Shown one piece after another: positions 63,967 to 64,000 of a stretch of DNA of 64,000 nt. The position numbers and the translations under genes are program-made. Under the pieces are notes generated by a model that was given only the letters and a program-made list of their open reading frames with translations, was not told the DNA's origin and ran no database searches. Within the stretch, counting starts at the first letter, position 1, and every line of letters starts with the position of its first letter. The DNA comes from Pristiophorus japonicus (Eukaryota): NCBI RefSeq assembly GCF_044704955.1, contig NC_091996.1, forward strand, positions 31,124,001 to 31,188,000, read 5' to 3'.

Positions 63967-64000
63967 AACCAAGGCCAAAATCCTCTCCTCACCCTGTGTC

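Noticed and set aside
14275-64000. DENND1A exon 3
   Set aside because: No AG-flanked segment encoding a DPEV..FPEDY-like peptide found by eye; probably beyond the window, though a short exon could have been missed

Overview
Eukaryotic, repeat-rich vertebrate DNA. The repeat content (CR1, L2, RTE and Penelope retroelements, Deu-type SINEs, PIF/Harbinger elements) points to a shark or other cartilaginous fish; this is inference. The only host gene I can support is the 5' end of DENND1A on the + strand: a CpG-island promoter at about 2.3-2.75 kb, coding exon 1 (2582-2598, MGSRIK) and coding exon 2 (14210-14274, ENPEKTFEVYVEVTHPESGGS). I found no exon 3, so the remaining ~50 kb appears to be intron 2. 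The introns hold two decayed two-gene Harbinger transposons (nuclease plus spliced Myb/SANT gene), one with both TIRs and a TSD. They also hold several Harbinger-type MITEs, two Tc1/pogo-type MITEs, two solo LTRs, a Penelope GIY-YIG fragment with a hammerhead-ribozyme remnant, and many LINE/SINE fragments. Most ORFs in the track are TE remnants or noise. I see no convincing wholly new system. The most unusual items are the Harbinger with a duplicated nuclease 3' module and an expanded Myb intron, the position-matched long hairpins in two MITEs, the nested insertions, and the DENND1A promoter/uORF layout. Boundaries of degraded repeats are approximate; all family calls are by eye, without database searches.
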